From Octopus sinensis (taxonomy: Eukaryota): a stretch of 64,000 nt of DNA. Each line of letters starts with the position of its first letter. Positions within the stretch are counted from its first letter, which is position 1. A model generated the notes under the pieces. It did not search any database. It was not told the DNA's origin and saw only the letters and a list, made by a program, of their open reading frames with translations. The DNA lies in the NCBI RefSeq assembly GCF_006345805.1, contig NC_043023.1:4526001-4590000 (forward strand), written 5' to 3'. Position numbers and translations under genes: made by a program. Of the stretch, positions 1 to 10,893 are shown one piece after another.

Positions 1-2
1 AC

Positions 3-305
3 AACTGGTGTCTTTAGTATTAGAAGTGGTACGGACAGGTGGGGATACAGGACATTCCTTTCTTTCATGTCTGGATATTCCCGTTAGATAACTTGTGTAT
101 ATAGAGATAGGAGCCATAAAGGTAAGGCGAAATATGTATCTTTCATGAATCTGTGCATTTGGGTTAGACAGCTTGTGTCTATAGTGTTCAAAGTGGCATA
201 GATAGATGGGGACAAGTATTTTCTGTATATCTGTGGATTCAAATTAAGATAACTGGTGTCTATAGAGATGGAAGTGGCATGAGTTGAGGGGATACAAGAC
301 ATTTA
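3..305 (-). repeat. Degenerate ~80-87 bp tandem repeat overlapping the end of the gene
   Basis: Units start at 3, 90, 170 and 251 (aactggtgtc / aacttgtgta / agcttgtgtc / aactggtgtc). Periods are 87, 80 and 81. Confidence 0.65.
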
Positions 306-1530
306 TCTCTGCTTGTTGCTGCAGAGCACCTTGATCGGCGTCCATGGGCAGTTTTAGGTCTAGTGGTTGATTTCTTCATTACCAGTGGCAGTGGAGTTGG
401 AGGTGATGATGACTGTGATTCTGGCTTCCCATAGAAACTTTGTTCTTTTCCCTGATTTCTACCATTGTCCTCATCTGGTTGCTGGAATATCAAACTGGAT
501 TTCTTGTGTTCTGACACTAACCTCTTCATTTGCCATACATTGTGCTTTTCAGTCTTGCTAGCTATTTCAAGTTCCTCTTTATTTTGATCAACACCACAGT
601 CAGCAAATCTTGTTGAACTCTCAGGATTATCAAGAGGAACATCTGTTCCAGTCTCTGCTTGACTTGATGTGAAGTTGGAAACTGGGTTTTTTGTTTGCCA
701 ATTCTGAAGGTTTGTCATCCTCAAGAAATTCACTTCAAGATTCTCCTCATGCAACAAACTTTTGCCTGCTTTAACAAAACCTGAACCCTTCTGAGGAGCA
801 GACAACGTCTGCTCTTGAACACCAGCATCGTCATCACCTTCACCCTCATGCTGTTCCTTACTCATAAACGGAAACCCATATGTGGGTTTTGGGCTTTGTT
901 TTGGCTCCTGTGACACGTCAATGGAGCTCTTTGCAGTAGAACTTGCAGACAGGAATTTCTTTCCTTTTGCCTTGTGATGCATCCACTCTTCAAATGCTGC
1001 ACTCGAGCGGAGCTGACGATCTGCTTTGAAGGCTGCATCGAGTTTTCTGTTCTCAGTTTCCAGCTTCTTTCTCACCTTCATCTCTCGTTTCTGTTGCCAG
1101 AAGTCTTTGTCCTTCTTCTGCAACCATTTCAGGATATGCGGGTTACTGTCGTTTGGTCGGAAACTGTTGTCAACACTACGACAGGTTTGGTTTGCAGCAT
1201 TTTCCTCCGATGCTGTCTGTAGGGGTAACTTCTTCTGACGGACAAAACTGCCTCTGCCAGATGATGAGGTGGAGGAAGAGCCTGATAGCTTTTTCTTACT
1301 CATTGCTGATGATGTTGGCTTTGTTGCTGCTGCTGTTGGTGGTGGTGCTGTTGGAATGTTCTCGTGTTGGTCAAAGATGCCTCTGGAAGATGAAGGATTC
1401 ACAGATGACTTTTGGGGGCCAACTGTAGTTTTGGCTCGAAACAATTTCCTGTTGTTTTGGACTCTGCGAGTACCATTCAGCAACCTTTGGTTCCTCCTTT
1501 CATGTCTAATTTCATTCTCTCCAAGACTCA
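260..1530 (-). CDS. Second coding exon of the same gene; K/E/R-rich coiled-coil segment with W..K motifs (HILKWLQKK, AFEEWMHHK)
   Basis: Acceptor tattttccag at 1532-1531. The phase-1 join A+TG gives ATG and keeps the frame, giving 470+423 = 893 aa. The motif loosely recalls CCDC181/CCDC34/MAP9-type coiled coils (from memory, unverified). Confidence 0.8.
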
Positions 1531-1756
1531 CTGGAAAATAAGAGATATAATAAAGTTATGTGTGTGTAAGCACAGGTATGTGTGTGTCTGTGTGTGTTTG
1601 TGCATGTGTGTGTGTGTGGTTGTATAAGTATGTGTGTATATGTGTAAGAATGGGTGCATGCATGTGTATGTATATATATAAGCATGGCTGTTTGGTAAGA
1701 AGTTTGTTTTCCAACTACACAGTTCTAGGTTCAGTCACATTACATGGCACCTTAGG

Positions 1757-1767
1757 TAATAATAATA

Positions 1768-1807
<40 letters not shown>

Positions 1808-1851
1808 TAATAATAATAATAATAATAATGATAATAATAATAATAATAATG

Positions 1852-1888
<37 letters not shown>

Positions 1889-1926
1889 TAATAATAATAA
1901 TAATAATAATGATAATAATAATAATG

Positions 1927-1960
<34 letters not shown>

Positions 1961-1998
1961 TAATAATAATAATAATAATAATGATAATAATAATAATG

Positions 1999-2053
<55 letters not shown>

Positions 2054-2055
2054 TG

Positions 2056-2086
<31 letters not shown>

Positions 2087-2133
2087 TAATAATAATAATA
2101 ATGATAATAATAATAATGATAATAATAATAATG

Positions 2134-2173
<40 letters not shown>

Positions 2174-2433
2174 TAATAATAATGATAATAATAATGATAA
2201 TAATAATGATAATAATAATAATGATAATAATAATAATAATAATAATAATAATATTATCATTATTATTATTATTATTATTATTATTACTAATAATGATAAT
2301 AATAATAATAATAATAATGATAATAATAATAATAATAATAATAATGATAATAATAATAATGATAATAATAATAATGATAATAATAATAATAATAATAATG
2401 ATAATAATAATAATAATGATAATAATAATAATG

Positions 2434-2465
<32 letters not shown>

Positions 2466-2490
2466 AATAATAATGATAATAATAATAATG

Positions 2491-2521
<31 letters not shown>

Positions 2522-2790
2522 TAATAATAATAATGATAATAATAATAATAATAATAATGATAATAATAATAATGATAATAATAATAATGATAATAATAAT
2601 GATAATAATAATAATGATAATAATAATAATAATAATAATAATATTATCATTATTATTATTATTATTACTAATAATGATAATAATAATAATAATAATAATA
2701 ATGATAATAATAATAATAATAATAATGATAATAATAATAATAATAATAATGATAATAATAATTATAATAATAATAATAATATTAATAATA
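1757..2790. repeat. Giant (AAT)n/(GAT) microsatellite with embedded inverted (ATT)n blocks
   Basis: About 1030 bp of AAT with GAT interruptions; ATT runs at about 2253-2286 and 2643-2668. Confidence 0.97.
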
Positions 2791-3354
2791 TTGGGTTGTC
2801 CGGAAAGTTTGTACCGATTTATAGTAGCTTACCTTTTGACTTATTTTAGAACATGGTTGAGTCCATAAAATAGGATTTGACTACACCTCCATTTAGAGCA
2901 CAGTTTAAGCTATCTTTTCAAGGAAGAAGGTTTATGTTCCTATAACGTGTGTTAATTCTGTAATCCTTTAAAATGGAAGATAAGAAAGTTCATTTTCGGC
3001 ACTTGATGCTTTGGGAATCAGACAAAAATTGCTGTAGCTTGGCTGGGATGTGTTACCCCACCCTTCATATTCACCAGATATTGCTCCTTCGGATTTCCAC
3101 TCATTCAGGTCTCTGCAGAATAGTCTTAAAGGTAAAAGTTTCAATTCCATGGATGAGGTAAAAAGATACCTTGATGAATTCTTTGCCATGAAACCACCTC
3201 AGTTCTGGGAAGAGGGTATTTTCAAGTTAAAGAAAAGATGGAGATGCATTGTGCAACAAAATGGTTCATATTTGGTTGATTGAAAATGTAATGGCAGGTA
3301 TTTATTGACATTTTTCTTTCCTTTGAAAATTGGCACAAACTTTCCGGACAACCC

Positions 3355-3356
<2 letters not shown>
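2791..3356 (+). mobile_element. Mariner internal-deletion derivative (566 bp)
   Basis: TIRs ttgggttgtccggaaagtt / aactttccggacaacccaa with TA at both ends. MEDKKVHFRHLML is fused to the transposase C-terminus (YSPDIAPSDFH). Same family as 32579-33809. Confidence 0.92.
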
Positions 3357-3386
<30 letters not shown>

Positions 3387-3391
3387 TAATG

Positions 3392-3590
3392 GTTTCAAAT
3401 TTTGCCACAAGTATAGCAATTTTGGGAGAGGGGATGTATTAATTACATTGACCCCAGTATTCAACTGGTACTTATTTTATCGACCCCGAAAGGATGAAAG
3501 ACAAAGTTGACCTCAGTGGAATTTGAACTCAGAACATGCGAAATACTGCATTTCATCCAGCATGTTAACAATTTTGCAAGTCCGCTACCT
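3392..3590 (-). mobile_element. tRNA-derived SINE (central motif ctttcatcctttcggggtcgataaaataagtacc, Meta/MESC-like from memory)
   Basis: Homologous to 57533-57735; B-box-like gagttcaaattcc on the minus strand. Confidence 0.6.
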
Positions 3591-3618
3591 TAATAATAAT
3601 AATAATAATAATAATAAA

Positions 3619-4750
3619 TTACAAAAAAGCCTTTAACAGCATACCACATTCGTGGATTCTGAAATCGCTGGACATTTTCAAAATTTCTCCTGTGATTTCA
3701 GATTTTCTAAAGTATATGTCACTATGGAACACGAAGCTCCAATTATATCATTCTAATGGAGTATTTTGCTCAAACAATATTAGAATAAACTGTGGCATTT
3801 TCCAAGGTGACTCACTTTCACCACTAATTTTCTGCATAGCACTAATACCACTCTCAAGTGAACTGAATAGAACAGGGTATGGCTACAAAATTGACAAGAA
3901 AATAAGCGGAGAGTGAAGGTTTCATATTAGCTGCTCAAGACCAATGCTTATCAACCCGGAACTACCAAGCCAATGTGATAAAAAATGGAGCTGACCCAAA
4001 ATGTTGATTCTGTAACGATGAGATTGAAACAATAGACCACCTAATCTCAGGGTGTAGAGTCTTAGCACCTGTAGAATATAAAGCAAGACATGACAGAGTA
4101 GGCCAGTATTTACACTGGACAATATGTCGGCATTATAAAATCAAAACAGCTGACAAATGGAATAAACACCATCCTGAAGCTGTGACTGAGGGAGAAAATG
4201 TGTCGATTCTATGGGACTTTCCCGTGCAGACCGACAGGACTATAAAAGCCAATAAACCGGATATCATTATAAAAGATCAGACAAAAATGATGTGTTTATT
4301 AATTGACATGAGTATTCCCTGTGACCACAATATAGCAGCAAAAGAATTTGACAAGATTAGTAAATATAAGGACTTGCTAATGGAAATTGAAAAAATGTGG
4401 CATCTCAGGGCGACTACAGTACCAGTGATTGTGGGATCTCTGGGAATGATAAGAAAAGGTACTGAAACCTATTTGAAAATGATACCAGGCTTACCATCCC
4501 TACAGGAAGTGCAAAAGATCATGTTGACAGGAACAGCTCTTGTACTGAGAAGAGCATTATCGATGTGAAAACAACTTCCATTCATGAATTTATTTATTCA
4601 TTAATTTTTAAATACATATTTTACCTATGAATTTGCAAGTGTAATCTGGGAATGCATACAATCATCTTCTCTGCCCTAAGTGTACAGAAAACACTCGGCG
4701 AAAAACGGAAGAAAATTTGAAGAAAGAAGGAAAAATAATAATAATAATAA
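3619..4750 (+). mobile_element. R4/Dong-clade non-LTR retrotransposon, 5'-truncated with an internal deletion
   Basis: RT segment (KAFNSIPH, GIFQGDSLSP) jumps at about 3907 to CCHC + RHD + PD..D + K..KY restriction-like endonuclease. One TGA in the C-terminal frame. 3'UTR ends in (TAA)n, and the 5' flank is (AAT)n. Confidence 0.88.
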
Positions 4751-4764
4751 CAACATATACTTAC

Positions 4765-6175
4765 TGGAACAAGCTGTTGAAAATGCAGTAGTACTGCTCC
4801 CACTCTCACCTCGTCTGCTGCATTCCCACTGCACCATTGAGGGTGTAGCAGATGAAGGAGGTGGGTAGAAGAGCCTGCGTGTCACATACCGAGGCCAGCC
4901 GTGTGGGTAGAGAGCAACTGGGGTGAGGGCTAGTTGTTTGTTGCCGACAGCAATGTATGTGCTATACAACTGCTCCATCTGTCGGGCATGGATGTGCCTC
5001 CGGCTGGCTTCATCGTCCACTTTGATCTCTTCTAAACACAACTTGACCAGCTGACCATAGTGACTCTCCAGCAGGGAATCAACTGTAAGTGTCTCCTCCA
5101 GCTTCTGACGTCCACTTTGACTACTGTGTCTTCTCCTCATCTGTCTGCTACTTCTACTGCTATTATTACTCCTACTGCTCTTAGCTGCCCCCTCCTCATC
5201 TTCCTCCTCCTCTTGCTTGCTAGTTGTCTTCTTTCTCCTTGGCGAATGTTGCTGTTGATGGAGGCGCTGTAGCTCCAAGATCATATCTCTGCCATCGGAG
5301 TCGCTACCATCATCATCGCCACCACCTTCAACATCAACATCACTGTGATTATCGTCATCATCATCATCGTTATTATTGTCATCATCAACACCTTTGCCAC
5401 CTCCTCCACTATCACTACTACCATTGCTGCACCGACAAGTACTACTACTACTACTACTGCTGCTGCTACTACTATAATTACTACTACCACTGCTACTGCT
5501 GCTACAGCTGCTGTTGCTTCTACTAATACTGTGATTACTATCACAACTACTACTACCAAATATGCTTGTACCACTAGTACCACTGTTGCTAGCACCACCA
5601 CCACCACCACCACCACTACGACTACCACCATCAAAGTCACTTGAAACTCTAGCTGCTTTTCCTGTCATAATTTCCCGCTTCTTTCTACCAGTTCCTGACA
5701 AACCAACTGAAGAATGTGTCACTGCAGTCATTGATGTTGTTGTTGTTGTTACAGCAGCCCAGCCAGAAGCTGCCATCTCAGTATCAACACCGTCTTCCTC
5801 CTCCTCCCCACTGTGTTTGCCAGGGCTGTGCCTCCCCGTTGGGGACATGATGGGCCAGGTGTCATCACTGAACATCACTGACTTGCGCAGCTTGGCCTTC
5901 CTCTGGAACGCAGAGGCACCTGGTTGCTCAGATCCTGTTGCTGCTGTCAATTCCATAACGATACCACCACCACTGGTGTCACCACCTATACTACCCACAC
6001 CACTTCCACCACCACCACCAGGTCCAGTACCCCCATCAACAGTACCAACATCAACATCCCCACTACCATCAAGTTTTCCATAGATGTTGCCTGCAGAAAC
6101 ATGGCTGTCACTCCTCTTCAGTGGCCGTGATATCCCAGTCTCCCAGAAATCATCATCATCATAGTCTCCATCCAT
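4765..6175 (-). CDS. First coding exon of an uncharacterised host gene (Ser/Gly/Asp/Glu-rich low-complexity protein)
   Basis: Open frame 6175-4676. ATG at 6175 has an in-frame TGA 7 codons upstream, and a splice acceptor (cttttgcag) lies at 6213-6212, so the exon begins in 5'UTR. Donor A|GTAAGT at 4765/4764 is phase 1 (1411 nt = 470 codons + 1). Confidence 0.8.
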
Positions 6176-6399
6176 AGTGGTCTCGGTCCCAACTCACTCT
6201 GGAGCCAATTGCTGCAAAAGTGATATGACTCCCCTGTTTCTCATTCACCTCCCCCACTAACCATGGTTAGTGTTGAAATAAAGACTTCCCCCCATCCCCT
6301 GACTCCTTTCCAGATATATGCTTTAGCTTCTCTCTCTCCTCCTTCTTCCCTATTTCTACCTGTCTTTACTATTAATCTGTTTGTCACTTCTATCAGTCT

Positions 6400-6710
6400 G
6401 TCTATCAGTCAGATTGTCTCTTTCTATATATGCATATCTATCTACCTATCTATCTGTTGACCTGTCTGTTTCTCAGTCTGTCTATATTTCTGTCTATCAA
6501 TCTGCTAATCTGTCTGTCTGTCATTTTATCTATCTAGCTGTCTGCCGATATGTCTGTCTATCTATCTGTCTGTCTGTCTGTAATACACATCTATTTATGT
6601 ATCTCTGTATCTCTCAATTTATCTATCAAGCTATGTATATTTACTTGTGTGTGCGCGCGCGCGTGTGTGTGTGTGTGTACGTGTGTGTGCGTGTGCGTGT
6701 GTGTTTATAT
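6400..6710. repeat. (CTAT/CTGT)n and (GT)n microsatellites
   Basis: Direct inspection. Confidence 0.85.
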
Positions 6711-6960
6711 ATTTATAAGTCCCACACTTTGTCAGGTGTCACAACAGCATCAGTAGGAAACCAACTGAAATAGAAACAAACAGGCAACAATGAGATTTGG
6801 AAAACATAAAAAAGGTTTTATACATAAGTATATATGTGTGTATGTATACTCTTTACTCTACTCTTTACTCTTTACTTGTTTCAGTCATTTGACTGCGGCC
6901 ATGCTGGAGCACCGCCTTTAGTCGAGCAAATCGAGCAAATATATATGTATATATATTTAT

Positions 6961-7922
6961 TGATACGGGGTCATTCAGAAAAAGAGTGCTATGACCCAGT
7001 TTTGTGGTTTGGTGCCAGCTTGACTAGGGAGGCAGGCTTTGTTCTGTCATTTTTGTAGGGAAATTAATGAGTTTGGAAGAGACATCTGACCCTATACGGT
7101 CAGGGAAAGTTTAAGAAAAAAATAAATCTACCACCCTTTAAAATGCGGGAGCTGTGGGTTTATTGATCAGTTGGCATCATGATCAGTTGGCGAGAGAGAG
7201 TTGGCCTGGGTTGGTCAGTTTGGGCAGAGACAGTGAATGTGAGAGCTGTCAGGCGAGAGGCAATGACAAGGATGACAAGCGTGGCGAGAAAGACAGACAC
7301 AGAGGATTGAGGAAGTGAGGGAGATTACGGCAAGAAGGCTAGAATGCTTGTGGTAGGAGTTTGTAAACGAGGAAACATGCGGTATGTTTTGTTTATGTTT
7401 TTGATGTGAAATGTAAAAGAAACGAGATTATGACGTAAACTGTAATCTGTTGAAAAAAAGAGAACTGTGAATTGTGGAAAAGAGGAAGAAAAGAAAGGAA
7501 AAGAACATTGTGTTAAAGAAAGAGAAAGAGAAGGAAAGAGAAAGACTTTAATTTGAACTGTTTCGAACTCTATATTGCGATGAACATTAATGTTTTGATT
7601 GTTTTCGTGTTATGTTTAAATGCATTGGTTGTTTTTCTTTTTAATTCTGTTGCATGTCATTTTCTTTAATGTATCTGATATGTATTACGTTTTATTTGAT
7701 GTTGTAATAATTGTATAAACTGTTCTTAAATGTAAGCTACTGCCTTCCGTCGTGTCTCTCTCTTCCTGTTGTTGTTGTTGTTATCTCCGGTTCGAGTTCA
7801 CTGCCAACCCCACCACCGTTTTCTCTGTGTGGCGGATTCCCGTTCGACTGAGCCTGGTCCGTTGTCATCGCTCGACTTAGTAGGGTGCCGGGTTCGAGTT
7901 GAGCGATGGCAGGTTCGTAACA
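6961..7922. mobile_element. Candidate solo LTR (962 bp)
   Basis: TG...CA termini with an imperfect 7-bp inverted repeat (TGATACG / CGTAACA); non-coding; AATAAA motifs on the minus strand. TSD matches only 3/4 (ttat vs atat). Confidence 0.45.
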
Positions 7923-8064
7923 ATATATATATATTAGCAGGTTGATAGATAGACAGAAATATAGACAGACTGAGAAGCAGACAGATAGATACATAGATAA
8001 ATAGATAGACAGATAGGTAGAAAGACAGGTCAATAGATAGATAGGTAGATAGATATGATTGATT

Positions 8065-8277
8065 GATTGATTCTAGTTTCAGCTCACGAGCTGTGGCCAT
8101 GCTGGGGCACCGCCATTTGTTGTGGTGAAAGAGTACAGCAGGGATCACCACCATCCCTGCCGGAGCCTTGTGGAGCTTTAGGTGTTTTCGCTCAATAAAC
8201 ACTCACAACGCCTGGTCTGGGAATCGAAACTGCGATCCTAAGACCGCGAGTCTGCTGCCCTAACCACTGGGCCATTG
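8065..8277 (-). mobile_element. tRNA-derived SINE, family with head atggcccagtggttagggcagc
   Basis: A box and B box (gtttcgattccc); related copies at about 10207-10440 (+) and 47810-47960 (+). Confidence 0.75.
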
Positions 8278-8301
8278 CACACACACACACACACGCACAC
8301 A

Positions 8302-8340
<39 letters not shown>

Positions 8341-9380
8341 ACACACACATATACACACACATACATATACACACACACACATATACACACACACACATAT
8401 ACACACACACACATATACACACACACATATACACACACACATACACACACACACATATACACCACACATATACACACACACATATACACACACACATACA
8501 CACACACATATACACACACACATATACACACACACATATACACACACATATACACACACACATATACACACACACATATACACACACACATATACACACA
8601 CATATATACACACACATATATACACACACATATATATACACACATATATATACACATATATATATACACATATATACACACATATATATACACACATATA
8701 TATACACACATATATATACACACACATATATACACACACATATATATACACACATATATATACACACATATATATACACACATATATATACACACATATA
8801 TATACACACATATATATACACACATATATACACACATATATATACACACATATATACACACATATATATACACACTATATATACACACATATATATACAC
8901 ACATATATATACACACATATATATACACACATATACACACATATATACACACATATATATACACACATATATATACACACATATATATACACACATATAT
9001 ATACACACATATATACACACATATATACACATATATATATATACACACACATATATACACATATATATATACACATATATATATACACACATATATATAC
9101 ACATATATATACACATATATATATATATACACATATATATACACACATATATATATACACATATATATATACACATATATATACACACATATATATACAT
9201 ATATATATATACACATATATATATACACATATATATATACACATATATATACATATATATATATATATATAACACACATACATATACACATATACATATA
9301 CACATATACATATACACATATACATATACACATATACATATACACATATACATATATATATATATATATAATATATATAT
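8278..9380. repeat. Giant compound (CA)n/(TA)n microsatellite
   Basis: About 1100 bp of CA/TA dinucleotide mixtures; explains the YMCV/HT ORFs. Confidence 0.97.
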
Positions 9381-9817
9381 ATAATTAATAATATCAGGGT
9401 AATAAAGATTTTAGAAATTTTTACAACCAGTGTCCTAGCGAATAGAAAAATTAGTCAATAGACTATATATAAATATAATGTACATTTAAACACATTAAGA
9501 AATTTCCATCATAGGAATCGTTTATGCTAGAAAGAACAGCTAAAGTCCAAACCACTAATTAGGGATAAATTCTCAAAGGGAATGAAATGTTTTTATTTTC
9601 ATTTAAAGTGTTTAAATGTACACTGTGAGGTGTGTTCTGTTGAAAACATATAAGAGTACAAATAGAGTTTGTTCACCCTTAGAATTCCTAAATAGCTAGT
9701 AGTATTCTTATGGTATGCTACTAATTCTAGTCTTAGAATTGTGTGTGAAAATAAAAAGTAAAAAGTAAAAAGTAAAGGAGTCAAAAGGAAGAGTAAATAT
9801 GGTTAGGCAGCTTTTTA

Positions 9818-9934
9818 ATCACTACAAATGTTTCAATGTATACAGATCCTCGTATATACAGGATTTAAAGTTTAAATTAAATTATTTAATGATTTACCTT
9901 CATAAGAAGATCTATATGTATCTCCTCAGGCGAT
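9818..9934 (-). ncRNA. Type I hammerhead ribozyme motif with extended stem II
   Basis: Stem I ATCGC/GTGAT; core CTGAGGA (9929-9923); 17-bp stem II with 2 mismatches; GAAAC-ATTT-GTA triplet. Confidence 0.65.
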
Positions 9935-10009
9935 ACTCAGTTGCAAATCTAGATTTCCATGCTACAACATCCATGGCTTCTTCTTTACTTACGGAGACAG
10001 CAACTGAGT

Positions 10010-10126
10010 ATTGCCTGAGGAGATACATATAGATCTTCTTATGAAGGTAAATCATTAAATAATTTAATTTAAACTTTAAATCCTGTATATACGAGGATCT
10101 GTATGCATTGAAACATATGTAGTGTT
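10010..10126 (+). ncRNA. Type I hammerhead ribozyme motif (mirror copy)
   Basis: CTGAGGA at 10015-10021; stem II GATACATATAGATCTTC/GAGGATCTGTATGCATT; GAAAC-ATAT-GTA at 10110-10121; stem I is weaker in this copy. Confidence 0.6.
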
Positions 10127-10893
10127 TAAAAAGCTGCCTAACCATATTTACTCTTCCTTTTGACTCCTTTACTTTTTATTTGGTATATATATATATATAT
10201 ATATATCAGGATCGTGGTTTCGATTCCCAGACTGGGCGTTGTGAGTGTTTATTGAGCGAAAACTCCTAAAAGCTCCACGACGCTCTGGCAGGGGATGGTG
10301 ATCCCTGCTGTACTCTTTCACCACTCTTTCTTCTGTTGGCCTGCTCGCTTAGCCAGCAGGGTGGCGTCATTCGAAGGCTAAAACAATGCGAACGCATTGT
10401 GACTAGCGATGTGTAACAACATCTGATGGTCTGGTCGGTCACGTGATCACGTGATATATCTATATCTATATATATATATATATATATACATTGGGTTGGC
10501 AAGAAAGTAATTTCATTTCTTGCAAATACATGCCCTTTTTGTTTCACTACCTTTTCACAGCAACCGCAAACCGGATGTGTCAATTCACCTCTGACAATAG
10601 AGAACAGTCATCATACTCGCTTCTATATCAGCTAACTCTGTGGAAAAATAAGTTAGATACATTAAATATATTAAATATAATAGTTTGGGTGTGAAATACA
10701 AAATATGAATATATGTATTCATATTTTGCAAAAGGAGATAAAGTAAATTGCCTCTCTACCCACACACCCTGATCCCCCTTACCTCCTTATAGCCTTTCTT
10801 TATTTGTGGAATTGATCCTCTGTAAAGACATTGGACTCTAAGTTTGAATCTTTTGGAGAATTTCTGGATTTCTGGATTTCATCTGTGGACTAT

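Larger units (their letters stand above)
9766..10178. repeat. Inverted repeat, 179-bp arms (4 mismatches) with a 55-bp spacer; probable Penelope-like terminus
   Basis: Arms 9766-9944 and 10000-10178, compared base by base. Confidence 0.92.

Noticed and set aside
1560-2868. Long poly-Asn/Ile/Leu ORFs
   Set aside because: Translations of the AAT microsatellite.
5060-6130. Overlapping poly-T/V/H/P ORFs on both strands
   Set aside because: Shadow frames of the trinucleotide-rich host exon.
8192-9384. Long YMCV/HT-repeat ORFs
   Set aside because: Translations of the CA/TA microsatellite.
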